NCBI RefSeq assembly: GCF_030144855.1
Contig: NC_082718.1
Location: forward strand, 88,722,001 to 88,786,000
DNA: 64,000 nucleotides
Source: Hypanus sabinus
Taxonomy: Eukaryota
Direction of reading: 5' to 3'
Positions 49,651 to 62,145 of the stretch are shown here, piece after piece. The notes below the pieces were generated by a model, which was given only the letters and a program-made list of their open reading frames with translations, did not search any database and had not been told where the DNA came from. The position numbers were made by a program, and so were the translations under genes. Position 1 is the stretch's first letter; each line of letters opens with the position of its first letter.

Positions 49651-52600
49651 TTCAGGCTGCAATCTGAAAGTTTTGCGGAACTTTGCCCCGACTTCTCGCT
49701 TTCTTCTGTACTATGTTTACAATTTTCTCCCTTAGTCTTTTAACTTTTTTTCTTCCCCCCCCCCCCCCCCCCCAAACTACTGAAGTTGGGCACTGATTCT
49801 CTTTAGCGAGGCCGTTCCTTTTCCGGACTAGGAGCAGCACTGCCCAAACACTTTGACAGTTGATAGGGTGAAGTAACCACCTCCACCCTGCCAACCATAT
49901 AGCTGGATTACCCATTGAGGACATCCGTTAAACCAGCATGTTGATGCCGAAAGGTAATGCCGCTGCTTTCTTGCAAAAACAAAAGCCCACTTGGCAAAAA
50001 AAAGATAAGGACTAAAATCGTGGGAAATCTTGAGCGAAGTGAAAACAGTGCAATGAAACAGTATTTAGAGATGACATGGGAATAGTTGGAGCTTCAGTCG
50101 AGGTCTGTGCAAAATACACCTTTCGAGCCCTGTTTTTGCTAATAATGGTAGGAAGCCACGAAGGCGTTAGTGATAAGTACTTCTTGAATGTAAGTAAGTA
50201 TTTTCTTGAATGTAAATACGTTTTCATTAATGTATTTGGAATGGATTTAAATATTTGGAATAATGATTCATTGTTTTATTGTAACTGGGGAGAATTTAAA
50301 ACTGATAAGTTGCTTCTTAGTAACAACAAAAAAAATTCCTAAGTAGGCCATTTGGCATCTGAGCTTGCCAAACTTGATCATAGTGGTTGATTATTACTTT
50401 GATTATTCAGAGATTCATTACAGTGACAGGCACTAAAGGCCCAAGGAGCGGGCTCTCATGTGACCTGTTAACCTTGGCACTCTTTGGAATATGGGAGTAA
50501 AGCAAGTGCCCTCAGGGAAGACATGCAAACTCCTTAAAGTGGTGGGCTTAAAGCCAGGTCACTTGGCACTGTAATAGTATTACACTAGCTATATTCCCTT
50601 CTCTCTGTAACCCTTTGACTTTCTTATGATAATCTTGGACCAATAGTAGAATGGATTTTGCTCGCTGTCGCTTGTGCTGTTGCTGAGATTATAAGTATTG
50701 TTTTGCAGATAGCATCTGAGTAACCTGGAGGTCTTTTTGACCTTGGTTCTGGTTGTCCCGTTATCTGAAACTGAAGGAGACTGTGAGAGAAAATACAGAT
50801 TGGTGCATATGTATGCTAACCTGTGCCACTAGGTTACCTAAAATATTTATTTGTTTTCTGAATGAATTTAGAAAAAAGGAAAAAAAATTAGAACGGAATC
50901 ATCTTTATTTCATTATTAAAGAAAGGATTTTTCAAAAGATTTACAGAAATGCTATTATTCTTTGATTGTTATTGAAACCATTCATTTAATTGTGTGGTTG
51001 CAATGTTTAAGATAGAAATAGTACAACCTGGTTCACTTGTACCTCACCGCAGATTTATTTCTGAAAATAATCAGTTGCCAGAGAAGTAATACCAGTGCAG
51101 CTATGCTTAAAAAATTAATATTTCAAATATAAATGCAAGTTGGGTCCTTAGTTCATAGTTTCATTGTTGAAGAGATGTTGACTGTAACTCTGCAGACTCT
51201 ATCACATAAACCCTTGACTTGCCTATTGATCAATAACATTTCCTTCTTGATCTTGAACATATTGAATTAATGACATACAATGAGTATGAATTGACTTGAC
51301 CTTGCCTCATCCCAGCACTTAACATGGAATCATTTCTGAACTGCTTCCAGTGCAGGTTTATCCTTGCTTTTAAATTAAGAGACCAAAACTGTGTGCATTC
51401 ATCCTGGCATGTCCTTGCACTCTGTCACAAAGACATTTTCCCTGCTTTTATGATACATATCCTTTGCCATGTTCCATTTTCTTGGCTATTTACTTGCTAT
51501 ACTTGAATGCTAGGTTTCTGTTTCATGAATGTCAGAATCAGGTTTAATGTCGTTAGCACGTGATGAAATCTGTTAGTTTGATGCCGTATTCTTCAGAACT
51601 GCATCATTCTTTAGTTTATCTCCATTTAATTAATATTCTACTGTCTTCCTGTTGATCTAGGTAATATTTTTACACAATGTTCTCCAAATGCCAAAGTATT
51701 TGCTTTGTCTATATTTCATGGCATGCTCTCCTCACAACTTAGTTTCCCACTTAACGTTTGTATCACAAGCATATCTGGCCATTCATCTACAGTATTATAT
51801 ATAAATTGTGTACATGGTGCCACTGCATTGATCTCTGTGCTCTCCTAATTACAGATTGCCAACCTGGAAGTTGCTTATTTATCTTGACTCAAATTTTTAT
51901 TAATTGGTCTATTCTCCATAAATGGCCTCAACAGCAGGAGTTCTCGCCCTTTTTTAATATTTTATGGCACCTACCAACTTGCAAATACAGATGAACAGCT
52001 CTCTTCACTGCACCATTTACATAATGAACCTGCCTGAGAATTTACTTACCTTTCATAAACCATATCAACTCTGCCTGATAGTATTATGATTTTCAAAATG
52101 TTATGTTATTAGTTATTTAGGAGTTGGAACAGTTTGGTGAGTGAGTTTGTAAATCTGGTGTGAGTAAAGGATGTTGGGAATGGTGAGAGTGGTGTGCCTC
52201 TGGAGGGGTGTGTGTGTGGGGGGGGAATGGGTGCAGGCACACCTATCCTTGAGACACCAGGCAAGGTTATTTGATTCTATTTGGTTTATTGATCATTACA
52301 GAATGTGTCTCTGGTGTCTCCCACTCCCTCCTCTTTCTCATCCCCTTTTCCCAACCATGATTCCCCTCACCCTGCCCCCTTCCCACTCTTAGTTCACAAC
52401 AGAGACCCATTTCAGAATCAGGTTTATCATCATTCACATGTCATAAAAATTTTTTTTGCAGCAGTACAGAGCAATGCATAACATTACTACAGTATTGTTC
52501 AAAAGTCTTATGCTCCCTAGCTAAGTATAGGTGCCTTCTGAACAGGACTGTACTTTACAGAACAGCCAGCATAGAGCCAATTGTTCTTGAAGAGGTGGTA

Positions 52601-52704
52601 GTGAGATACCATCTGGAATCACTGCGTTTCCTATGGAGTAATTACTTCCACAGTAATCTTATTCAGGGTGATCCAGGCTTTTGACCAGACAGCATGCTGT
52701 ATGA

Positions 52705-53710
52705 ATTCAAGATTGTTTAATGTCATTTCCAGTACACAAGTGTAAAGGAGAATGAAGTAATTGTTACTCCGGATCCACTGCAGCACAAAAAAAAACACAG
52801 TAAGATAAAGAACACAATAATGAAAAACACAAAGTATAAATATGTAAGGTATGATTGTATCTAAAAGTGATGCTAGGCACAGCAGTGTCTGTACGTAAGA
52901 TGACTGACAAATTGTACAGTAGTGTTGGGAGTGTGGGGGGAGTGGGTTAATGAGTGGAGGTGTTGATCAGCCTTACTGCTTGGGTAAAGTAATTTTTTTT
53001 GAGTCTGGTAGTCCCATTGTGAATGCTACATAACCTCCTCCCTAATGGGAGTGAACAAACAATCTATGAACAGGGTGGGTGAGAGAACCACTGGCCCTTT
53101 TCCCGGTCCTTTTCTGTATATTTGTCCTTGATGGCAGATGGGCCGGTGCTGGCAATGTGTTGGGCAGTTTTGACTATCTGTTGTGGAGACTTCCTGCCCG
53201 CGGTGTAGTTTCAGTACCATGCAGTGATGCAGCATGTTAGGATGCACGCTACTGCGCAACTATAGAATGACATGAGTATTGACGTGCATAGTCCAGCTCT
53301 CTTCAGTCTCTTCTGAAAGTCCAGGTGTTGGTGAGCTTTGCCGATCATGTAGAATGTGTTCTGGGGTCATGAGAGGTTTTGAGATGAGCACTCCCAGGAG
53401 TTTGAAACTGTTCACAGTTTCCACTGCTGTGCCACCGGTACAAAAAGGGTGTGAATTTTCCTGATAACCATCTCCTTTGTCTTATTGACATTGGGGAAGA
53501 GATTATTTGCCTGGCAGCAGGCCTCCAGCTCTTCCACTTCCACTCTGTAGGCTGTTACATCATCATTGGTGATGAGCCCCATCACTGCTGTGTCATTGGC
53601 GAGCTTGACAATGTGATTACTCGGGTGTTTGGCTGTGCAGTCATGTGTGAATACAGTGTACAGCAGTGGAATCAGCACACAGCCCTGGGGGACACCTGTG
53701 TTGAGCAAAC
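52705..53710 (-). mobile_element. Rex1/Babar-type LINE 3' fragment
   Basis: LNTGVPQGCVLIPLLYTVFTHDC..IVKLANDTAVMGLI..NVNKTKEMVI. Confidence 0.85.
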
Positions 53711-54099
53711 TTGGCTACATAGCGTTGTGGGTTTGCAAATCACTGTTGAAGCTTTACTTCTCAGGAGTTAGATATCAGGTCTTTCCTTGCAGATCATTCA
53801 GCCTCTGACCTCTTCTAGCTACGCTATCAATATAGCTGATGCTAGTTAGGTTTCTGATCACCTGTGGGTCATGATTGAAATGAGGGGATTCATCATTTGT
53901 AATGCTATTTGAAAAAGAAAGGTGAATTAGATTTTCTTGAGGATGGGGATTGTGTACTATGAATGATGTGTCCCAATTATCTTCTGTGGCCTGGATGTTG
54001 TCTAGTTTTTGCTTGCCTCTGGAACTGTGGTATTGCATGAGAATTGTGAATGTTGCTCGACACCTTGCAGTTATCAGCCACTATCCCCATTTCTGACAA

Positions 54100-54880
54100 T
54101 GTAATTGAGTGAAGGAGCCACAGATAGTCAGAGCAGGAATAGGATGATGGTACAAATGAATGATGGGCTGAAGAAGTGGTATAGGGGGCAAGGTTTTGGA
54201 TTCTCTTCTGAGGGAGTTATAATCTGTACAAAAAAGGACGGATTACGCCTGAACCTGAGGGGGACCAATATCCTTGCGAGCAGGTTTGTGAGTTGTTGGG
54301 GAGGTTTAAACTAAGTTGGCAGGGGTATAGGAACCAGAGTTGATATACAAGTCAATGCAGATTGAGAAAGGACAGGCAGATGATAGGGCAAAATTGCAGT
54401 CAATGGGATGAGTTGAAGTGAAGGTAAAATCGAAAAGGATGTTGAATTATAGGACTGAAAGTGTTACACAGGTGTTTGCACTTTATGAATGTTTGCTTTA
54501 CGCCACTTCGCTTTTACAAAAGAGCTGAAATAGTAACCTGTTTTCACATTACAAAGAGGATTTTCGCTTTTATGAAAATTTTTCCTATATAAATTAATGG
54601 TTCTTTGCTTTACGCCATTTCGGCTTAAGAAAGGTTTGATAGGGAGAAGTTAAAGTCAGATGTATTAATATTACAGTGGGGTAAAGTGAATTACTTTAAA
54701 GGCATGAGAGAGGAGCTGGCCAAAGATGATTAGAAGGGGATATTGTCAGAACAACAATGGCTGGAGTTTCTGAGAGATGTTTAGGAGGCACAGGGTAAAT
54801 TCATCCCGAAGCAGTATTCTAAAGTGAGGATGAGGGACCCATGGCTGACAAGGAAAGTCAAAGATAGTATGAAAGCAAAA
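54100..54880 (+). mobile_element. Old CR1 fragments (ORF1 esterase-like end, ORF2 pieces) interrupted by a MITE
   Basis: KKDGLRLNLRGTNILA (CR1 ORF1 SGNH-like) and MREELAK-type ORF2 remnants. Confidence 0.65.
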
Positions 54881-54881
54881 A

Positions 54882-55075
54882 TAGGTGGCATCCGTTGGTC
54901 TCGAGAGACCATGGATCTGCGCCTGGAGTTTCCAGGGCGCAGGCCTGGGCAGGGTTGTATGGGAGACTGGCAGTTGCCCAAGCTGCAGGCCTTCCCCTCT
55001 CCACGCCACTGATGTTGTCCAAGGGAAGGGCACTAGGACCCACGCAGCTTGGCACCGGTGACGTCGCAGAGCAAT
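54882..55075 (+). mobile_element. RTE 5'UTR-derived short repeat
   Basis: cccctctccacgccactgatg..aagggaaggg..gcttggcacc..cgtcgcag motif. Confidence 0.5.
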
Positions 55076-55121
55076 ATTGAAAGGCCTAGATAGAGTAGAT
55101 GTGGGGAGGATGTTTCCTTTA

Positions 55122-57711
55122 CATAAGAACATAAGAAAAAGGAGTAGGCCATCTGGCCCATCAAGCGTGCCCCGCCATTCAATAAGGTCATGGCTGATCT
55201 ATCCTGAAACTCAGATCCATCTACCTGCCCTTTCCCCATAACCCTTAATTCCCCTACTATGTAAAAATGTATCTAACTGTATCTTAAATATATTTAGTGA
55301 AGAAGCCTCAACTGCTTCCCTGGGCAGAGAATTCCACAGATTCACTACACTCTGGGGGAAAAACAGTTCCTCCTCATCTCCGTCTTAAATCTTCTCCTCT
55401 GAACCTTGAGGCAATGTTCTAGTCTCACCCACCAATGGAAACCACTTTCCTACCTCTGTCTTATCTATCCCTTTCAAAATTTTGTATGTTTCTCTAAAAT
55501 ACCCTCTCATTCTTCTGAACTCCAGAGAGTATAGTCCCAGGCGACTCAATCTCTCCTCATAGGTTAACCCCTTCATCCCTGGAATCAACCTGGTGAACCT
55601 CCTCTGCACTGCCTCCAAAGCCAGTATATCCTTCCTCAAGTATGGAGACCAGAACTGCACACAGTACTCCAGGTGTGGCCTCACCAGTACCCTGTATATT
55701 TGCAGCAAGACTTCCCTGCTCTTGAATTCAATCCCCCTAGCAATGAAGGCCAACATTCTGTTTGCCTTAATAACCTGTTGTACCTGTAAGCCAACTTTTT
55801 GCGATTCATGAACAAGCACACCCAAGTCCCTCTGCGTAACAGCATGCTGCAATCTCACCTTAAGTAATAATCTGCTCTTCACCTTCCAAAGTGGATGATC
55901 TCACATTTACCAACATTGTATTCTGTAAGCCAGACCTTGGCCCACTCACTTATCTATATCCCTCTGCAGACTCTCCACATCCTCTGTACAATTTGCTTTT
56001 CCACTAGTGTCATCGGCAAATTTGTGCTACGCTACACTCAGTCCCCTCTTCTGAATCATCAATATAAATGGTAAAACAGTTGTGGGCCTAGCACCAACCC
56101 CTGCGGCATCCCACTCACTACTGACTGCCAACTGGAGAAACACCCATTTATACCAACTCTCTGCCTTCTATTGGTTTACCAATACACTTCCTCTGACACC
56201 ATGCATCTGTATCTTATTTATAAGACTCTTGTGCGGCACCTTATCGAACGCCTTCTGAAAAGGCAAGTATACGACATCCAGCTGTTCCCCTCTATCCACT
56301 GCACTCATTATGTCCTCAAAGAATTCAAACAGGACCTTCCCTTTCTGAATTCGTGCTGCGTCTGTCTGATGGAACCACTCCTTTCTAAATGTTTTGCTAT
56401 TTCTTCCTTAATGACAGCTTCAAGCATTTTCCCGACTACAGATGTTAAGCAAACTGGCCTATAGTTGCCCGTCTTTTGCCTACATTCTTTTTTAAAAAGT
56501 GACGAGACATTTGCTGTCTTCCAATCTGCCGGGTCCTGCCCAGAGTCTAGAGAATTTTGGTAAATGATTACTAACCTGTCTGCTATAACCTCCACCAATT
56601 TCCTCAGCACCTTGGGATGCATCCCATCAGGACCAGGGGATGTATCTACCTTTAGGCCCTCTAGTTTGCTCATCACTATCTCTTTAGTGACAGTGATTTT
56701 TATCAAGGTCCTCACCTCCCATTTTGTTTATAACATCCTTCTTTGGCATATTAAACGTCCTCCACCATGAAGACCAACACAAGATAGTCGTTCGATGCCT
56801 CTGCCGTTTCTTTATCTTCCAATATCAATTTCCACTTCTCATCTTCCAAGGGACCTAAGTTGACTTTAGCCACCCTCTTCTGCTTCATATACTTATAAAA
56901 ACTTCTACTATCTGTTTTTATATTTTGTATTAATTTACTTTCATACTCTGTCTTCTCTTTCCTTATTTCTTGTTTAGTTTTTTGTTGTTTTCTAAAGTTT
57001 TCCCAATCCTTCAGTCTCCCATTACTCTTTATGACTTTGTACACATGAGCTTTTAATTTGATACTATCTTAGTTATCCAAGGCTGGCTGTCCCCACACTT
57101 ACTGTCCTTACTTTTGACTGGAATATACTTTTGTTGAGGACTGTGAAAAATCTCTTTGAAAGTATTCCACTGTTCCTCAACTGTCCTACCAAATAGCCTG
57201 TGCTCCCAATCCACTTTGGCCAACTCTTCTCTCATCCTGTTGTAATTTCCCTTGTTCAAGCATAACACACTAGTTTTAGACCTAACTATTTCATCCTCCA
57301 TCTGTATGCAAAATTCAATCATACTATGATCATTCTTTCTAAGAGGATCCCTGACTATGAGATTGTTAATCTTACCTGTTTCATTACACAGGACTAGATC
57401 TAAGATAGCTCTTTCCCTCGTAGGTTCACTAACATGCTGCTCAAGAAAGCCCTCATGGATGCATTCTTTGAAGTCCTCCTCAAGACTTCCTTGACCAACC
57501 TGATTCACCCAAGTTTAAAAATTCCCCATTACAACTGCTGTTCCGTTCTTAGAAGCCTCAGTTATTTCTTGGTTAATCGCCTCTGCCACTGCAATATTTT
57601 TATTAGGTGGCCTATAGACAACTCCCACCAGTGATATTTTTTTTTCCCCTTTACTATTCTTAATATCTACCCAGATGGACTCAACATTCTGTTCCGTAGG
57701 TATTATATCGT
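55122..57711 (-). mobile_element. CR1 (HER1-like) LINE, 5'-truncated and decayed
   Basis: ILDLVL..DHSMI (APE end), SPGPDGMHP..GNYRPVCLTS, RPHLEYCVQFWSP; TTCTTATG-repeat tail at 55122-55137; CTTTA on both sides. Confidence 0.92.
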
Positions 57712-57975
57712 CTTTAGTAGGTAAGTCTAGGACTAGAGAGCACAGCCTTAGAATAGAGGGACTGTAGCGGTGTGCTACACGCAGCGATAAAATTACAACA
57801 CGGAGTCGGTAACTGCAGTCGAAGGAAAACTTTATTCGAAATCTTCAGCCTCACTTTTAAGCCTCCCTCAACCTGCCCCCCATGGCGCAGAGGCTCCAAA
57901 GCTCTGTGCTCGCAAACCCCCGTAGGCTATCTAATTGTGAGTCGGTTCGGATGTGCCAGGAAATGGGTCGCCACA

Positions 57976-60900
57976 TAACCCCCCCCCCAGAACCGGCGAT
58001 ACACCCCCCAATGTCCACAGTCTGGGCCAGAACCTGCTTGGGAGGTCGGCCTCTGTGCCGAGGTGCCGGAAACTCGGCCGGTTGCGCCAAGTCCACATGG
58101 GCCGGTTTAAGGCGGTCCACCGTGAAAACCTCCTCTTTCCCCCCAACGTCCAGCACGAACGTGGACCAGTTGTTCCGGAGCACCATAAACGGCCCCTCGT
58201 ATGGCCGCTGCAGCGGTGGCCGATGCCCGCCCCTTCGTACAAACACAAACTTACAGTTCTGTAGGTCTTTGGGTACGCAGGTCGGGTGCCGCCCGTGCTG
58301 TGAAGTGGGTATGGGGGCCAGGTTACCGAGCTTCTCGCGTAGTCTGCCCAGGACTGCTGCGGGATCTTCCTCTTGCCCCCTTGGGGCTGGTAGGAACTCC
58401 CCGGGGATGACCAGGGGCGCGCCGTATACCAACTCGGCCGACGAGGCGTGCAGGTCGTCCTTGGGTGCTGTGCGGACCCAGGGAAGCTCGTCCGCCCAGT
58501 TGGCTCCTCGCAGGCGGGCCATGAGGGCCGACTTCAGGTGACGGTGGAAACACTCCACTAGCCCGTTCGACTGTGGGTGGTAGGCAGTGGTGTGGTGCAG
58601 CTGAGTCCCCAAAAGGCTGGCCATAGCTGACCACAGGCTGGAGGTGAACTGGGCGCCTCTGTCGGAGGTAATGTGGGCCGGTACACCAAAGCGAGATATC
58701 CAGGTGGCGATCAGGGCTCGGGCGCAAGATTTGGAGGTGGTGTCGGTGAGCGGGACCGCCTCTGGCCATCTTGTGAACCGGTCCACAATAGTCAGGAGGT
58801 GCCGCGCTCCGCGCGACACTGGCAGGGGGCCCACGGTATCCACATGAATGTGGTCGAAACGCCGGTGGGCGGGATGGAACTGCTGCGGTGGGACTTTGGT
58901 GTGCCGCTGCACCTTGGCCGTCTGGCAGTGCATGCACGTTTTGGCCCATTCACTGACCTGTTTGCGGAGTCCGTGCCAAACGAACCTGCTGGAAACCATC
59001 CGGATGGAGGGATGCGCCAAGTTATGAATGGAGTCGAAAACGCGGCGCCGCCAGGCTGTCGGGACGACGGGGCGGGGCTGGCCGGTGGCGACGTCACAGA
59101 GTAGGGTCCTCTCACCCGGGCCCACGGGGAGGTCCTGGAGCTGCAAACCGGAGACTGCAGTTCTGTAACTCAGAATCTCCTCATCCGCCTGCTGCGCCTC
59201 TGCCAGTGCCTCAAAGTCTACCCCTTGGGAAAGGGCATGAACGGTAGGGCGAGAGAGCGCATCCGCCACGACATTGTCCATACCCGAGACGTGCCGGACA
59301 TCCGTCGTGTATTCAGAGATGTGGGACAGGTGGCGTTGCTGGCGGGACGACCAGGGGTCGGACGCTTTCGTAAACGCAAAGGTAAGCGGTTTGTGGTCCG
59401 TGAACGCGGTGAAGGGCCGACCTTCTAGGAAGTACCTGAAATGCCGGATTGCCAGGTAGAGCGCCAACAGTTCCCGGTTGAAAGCACTGTATTTGAGCTC
59501 AGGTGGTCGCAGGTGTTTGCTGAAAAACGCCAGGGGTTGCCAGCGACCTGCGATGAGTTGCTCCAGCACCCCACCGACTGCCGTGTTTGATGCGTCCACT
59601 GTGAGGGCGGTAGGGGCGTCCATTCTGGGATGTACTAGCATCGCGGCGTTCGCCAAAGCTTCCTTCGTTTGAACGAAAGCGGCGGCGGACTCCTCGCCCC
59701 AGATAATGTCCTTGCACGGACCCGACATCAGGGCGAACAGGCATGATCCGGGCAGCTGAAGGGAGGAAGCGGTGGTAGAAATTGACCATACCTACGAATT
59801 CCTGAAGGCCTTTGATCGTGGTGGGTCGGGGAAAGAGGCGGACTGCATCTACCTTAGCGGGCAGAGGGGTTGCCCCGTCTTTAGTAATCCTGTGGCCCAG
59901 GAAGTCAATGGTATCGAGTCCGAACTGGCATTTGGCAGGGTTGATTGTAAGACCGTACTCACTCAGTCGGGCGCAGAGTTGACGGAGGTGGGACAGATGC
60001 TCCTGATGACTGCTGCTGGCTATGAGGATGTCATCCAAATAGATGAACGCGAAGTCCAGGTCCCGTCCCACCGCGTCCATTAACCGCTGGAACGTCTGTG
60101 CGGCATTCTTCAGGCCGAACGGCATGCGGAGGAACTCGAAAAGGCCAAACGGGGTGATGAGAGCCGTTTTGGGGACGTCGTCAGGATGCATCGGGATTTG
60201 ATGGTACCCTCGGACGAGGTCTACCTTGGAGAAGATCCGTGCGCCGTGCAGGTTTGCTGCAATGTGCGGCACAGGGTAGCGGTCCGGTGTGGTAGCCTCG
60301 TTCAGCCTGCGGTAGTCGCCGCATGGTCTCCAGCCCCCCGTCGCTTTGGGCACCATGTGCAGGGGGGAGGCCCATGGGCTGTCGGACCGCCGGATGATCC
60401 CCAATTCCTCCATCCTCTGGAACTCCTCCTTCGCCAGTCGGAGCTTGTCTGGGGGAAGCCGCCGAGCGCAGGCGTGGAGGGGTGGTCCCTGGGTCGGGAT
60501 GTGGTGCTGTACGCCGTGCCTGGGCATGGCCGCTGTGAACTGCGGTGCCAGAACCGATGGGAAATCCGCCAGGACCCTGGTGAAGTCGTTGTCGGACAGT
60601 GTGATGGAGCAGAGGTCAGGGGCTGGCAACTCGACTGCACCCAGGGAGAACGTCTGAAAGGTCTCGGCGTGGACCAGTCTCTTCCTGGGCAGGTCGACCA
60701 GTAGGCTGTGAGCCCGCAAAAAATCCGCACCCAGAAGTGGTTGGGCTACGGTGGCCAGTGTGAAGTCCCACGTGAACTGGCTGGAGCCGAACTGTAGCTG
60801 CACCTGACGGGTGCCATCAGTCCTTACTGTGCTGCCATTCACGGCCCTCAGGGGGGGACCCGGTGCCCTGCTGCGGGTGTCGTAACTCGTCGGGGGTAAA

Positions 60901-61025
60901 ACGCTGATCTCAGCCCCAGTATCGACCAAAAACCGGCGTCCCGACCTACTATCCCACACATACAGGAGGCTATCCCGATGGCCAGCCGCCGTAGCCATCA
61001 GCGGCGGCTGGCCCTGGCGTTTCCC
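57976..61025 (-). pseudogene. pol of Gypsy copy 2, one frameshift near 59740
   Basis: FLVDTGA and YLDD intact, RNase H, HHCC, DDE and GPF motifs; 5-nt deletion relative to copy 1 splits it into ORFs 59499-61088 and 57857-59728. Confidence 0.95.
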
Positions 61026-61627
61026 GGGAACTTGCAGGGCGGGCGACAACGGCGGGCTTCTGCGCCCCACTGCTGGTGGTAGAAGCACCAGTGTTCATTG
61101 GGCCGGGGGTTGGCGGGCTCTGCGGCCGGGCCTGGACTGGTTTGCTGCCGGGAGTGTGGCTGGGAGATCTGTGCGATGGCGTTCCACAGCAAGTCCGCCC
61201 AGGCTGCCACCTTCCAGGGGTCACTGAAATCCGCGTCGGACAGCAGCAGGCATATGTCCTCGGGCAGCTGCTCCAGGAATGCCTGCTCAAACATGAGGCA
61301 GGGTGTGTGTTCGTCGGCGAGAGACAACATCTCATTCATTAAAGCCGATGGAGGTCTGTCGCCCAAGCCATCCAGGTACAGTAAACGGGCAGCCCGCTTG
61401 CGCCGTGAGAGTCCGAAAGTCCTGAGGAGCGACTGTACGAACTCCGCGACCTGGGCCGCTGTGTCCTGGTCGAGGGAGCTCACCACGTAGTAGTAGCGGG
61501 AGTCTTCTGAGGTGATTTGGCAAACGTGGAATTGGGCTTCGGCTTGCTGGAACCATTTGTTCGGGCGCTGTGTCCAGAAACCCGGCAGTTTCAATGAAAC
61601 CGCATGAACAAAGGCGGCGTCGGTCAT
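60998..61627 (-). CDS. gag of Gypsy copy 2 (open, two in-frame deletions)
   Basis: [18 protein letters not shown]...[29 protein letters not shown]. Confidence 0.85.
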   Translation of the reverse strand: MTDAAFVHAVSLKLPGFWTQRPNKWFQQAEAQFHVCQITSEDSRYYYVVSSLDQDTAAQVAEFVQSLLRTFGLSRRKRAARLLYLDGLGDRPPSALMNEMLSLADEHTPCLMFEQAFLEQLPEDICLLLSDADFSDPWKVAAWADLLWNAIAQISQPHSRQQTSPGPAAEPANPRPNEHWCFYHQQWGAEARRCRPPCKFPGNARASRR

Positions 61628-61882
61628 TTCTGGTCCAAAAATCGTTTGGACTGTCGGGGTCACCAATTGTAGCGGTGTGCTACACGCAGCGCTAAAATTA
61701 CGACATGGAGTCGGTAACTGCAGTCGAAGGAAAACTTTATTCGAAATCTTCAGCCTCACTTTTAAGCCTCCCTCAACCTGCCCCCCCCCCCCCCCCCCCG
61801 TGGCGCAGAGGCTCCAAAGCAAACCCCCGTAGGCTATCTAATTGTGAGTCGGTTCGGATGTGCCAGGAAATGGGTTGCCACA

Positions 61883-62145
61883 GGACATCCATTTAGAACA
61901 GAGATGAGGAATTTCTTTAGCCAGAGAGTGGTGAATCTGTGGAACTCATTCCCACAGATGGCTGCTGAGGCAAGTCATTGGGTGAATTTAAGATGGAGGT
62001 TGATATGGCTTTGATTAATCAATGCGTCAAAGGTTACGGGGCAATGACGGGAGAAGGAGGTTGAGAGGGATAATAAATCAGCCATGATGGAATGGTCGAT
62101 GGGTCAAGTAGCCTAATTCTGCTCCTATGTCTTATGGCTTATGGT
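61883..62145 (+). mobile_element. 3' end of a + strand CR1 whose upstream pieces are 55075-55121 and 57717-57762
   Basis: The three pieces join into a continuous CR1 3' end (...ggatgtttccttta|gtaggtaagtctaggactagag...gagggac|atccatttagaacagagatgagg...cctatgtcttatgg). Confidence 0.85.

Larger units (their letters stand above)
57763..61882 (-). mobile_element. Full-length Gypsy/Ty3 LTR retrotransposon (CsRn1-like), copy 2, in TBC1D10A intron 1; defective
   Basis: LTRs 57763-57975 and 61668-61882; TSD GGAC (57759-57762 / 61883-61886); PBS-Trp 61653-61665; PPT 57976-57988; same family as copy 1. Confidence 0.97.

Noticed and set aside
48822-49924. Long ORFs on both strands around TBC1D10A exon 1 (e.g. 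48950-49615 -)
   Set aside because: Expected stop-codon scarcity in a CpG island; no recognisable domains.
54960-55035. HDV-like ribozyme in the RTE-derived repeat (gccttccc..tccacg..gggaagggc)
   Set aside because: A P2-like pairing exists, but I could not build P1/P3 around the TCCACG loop; needs a descriptor search.
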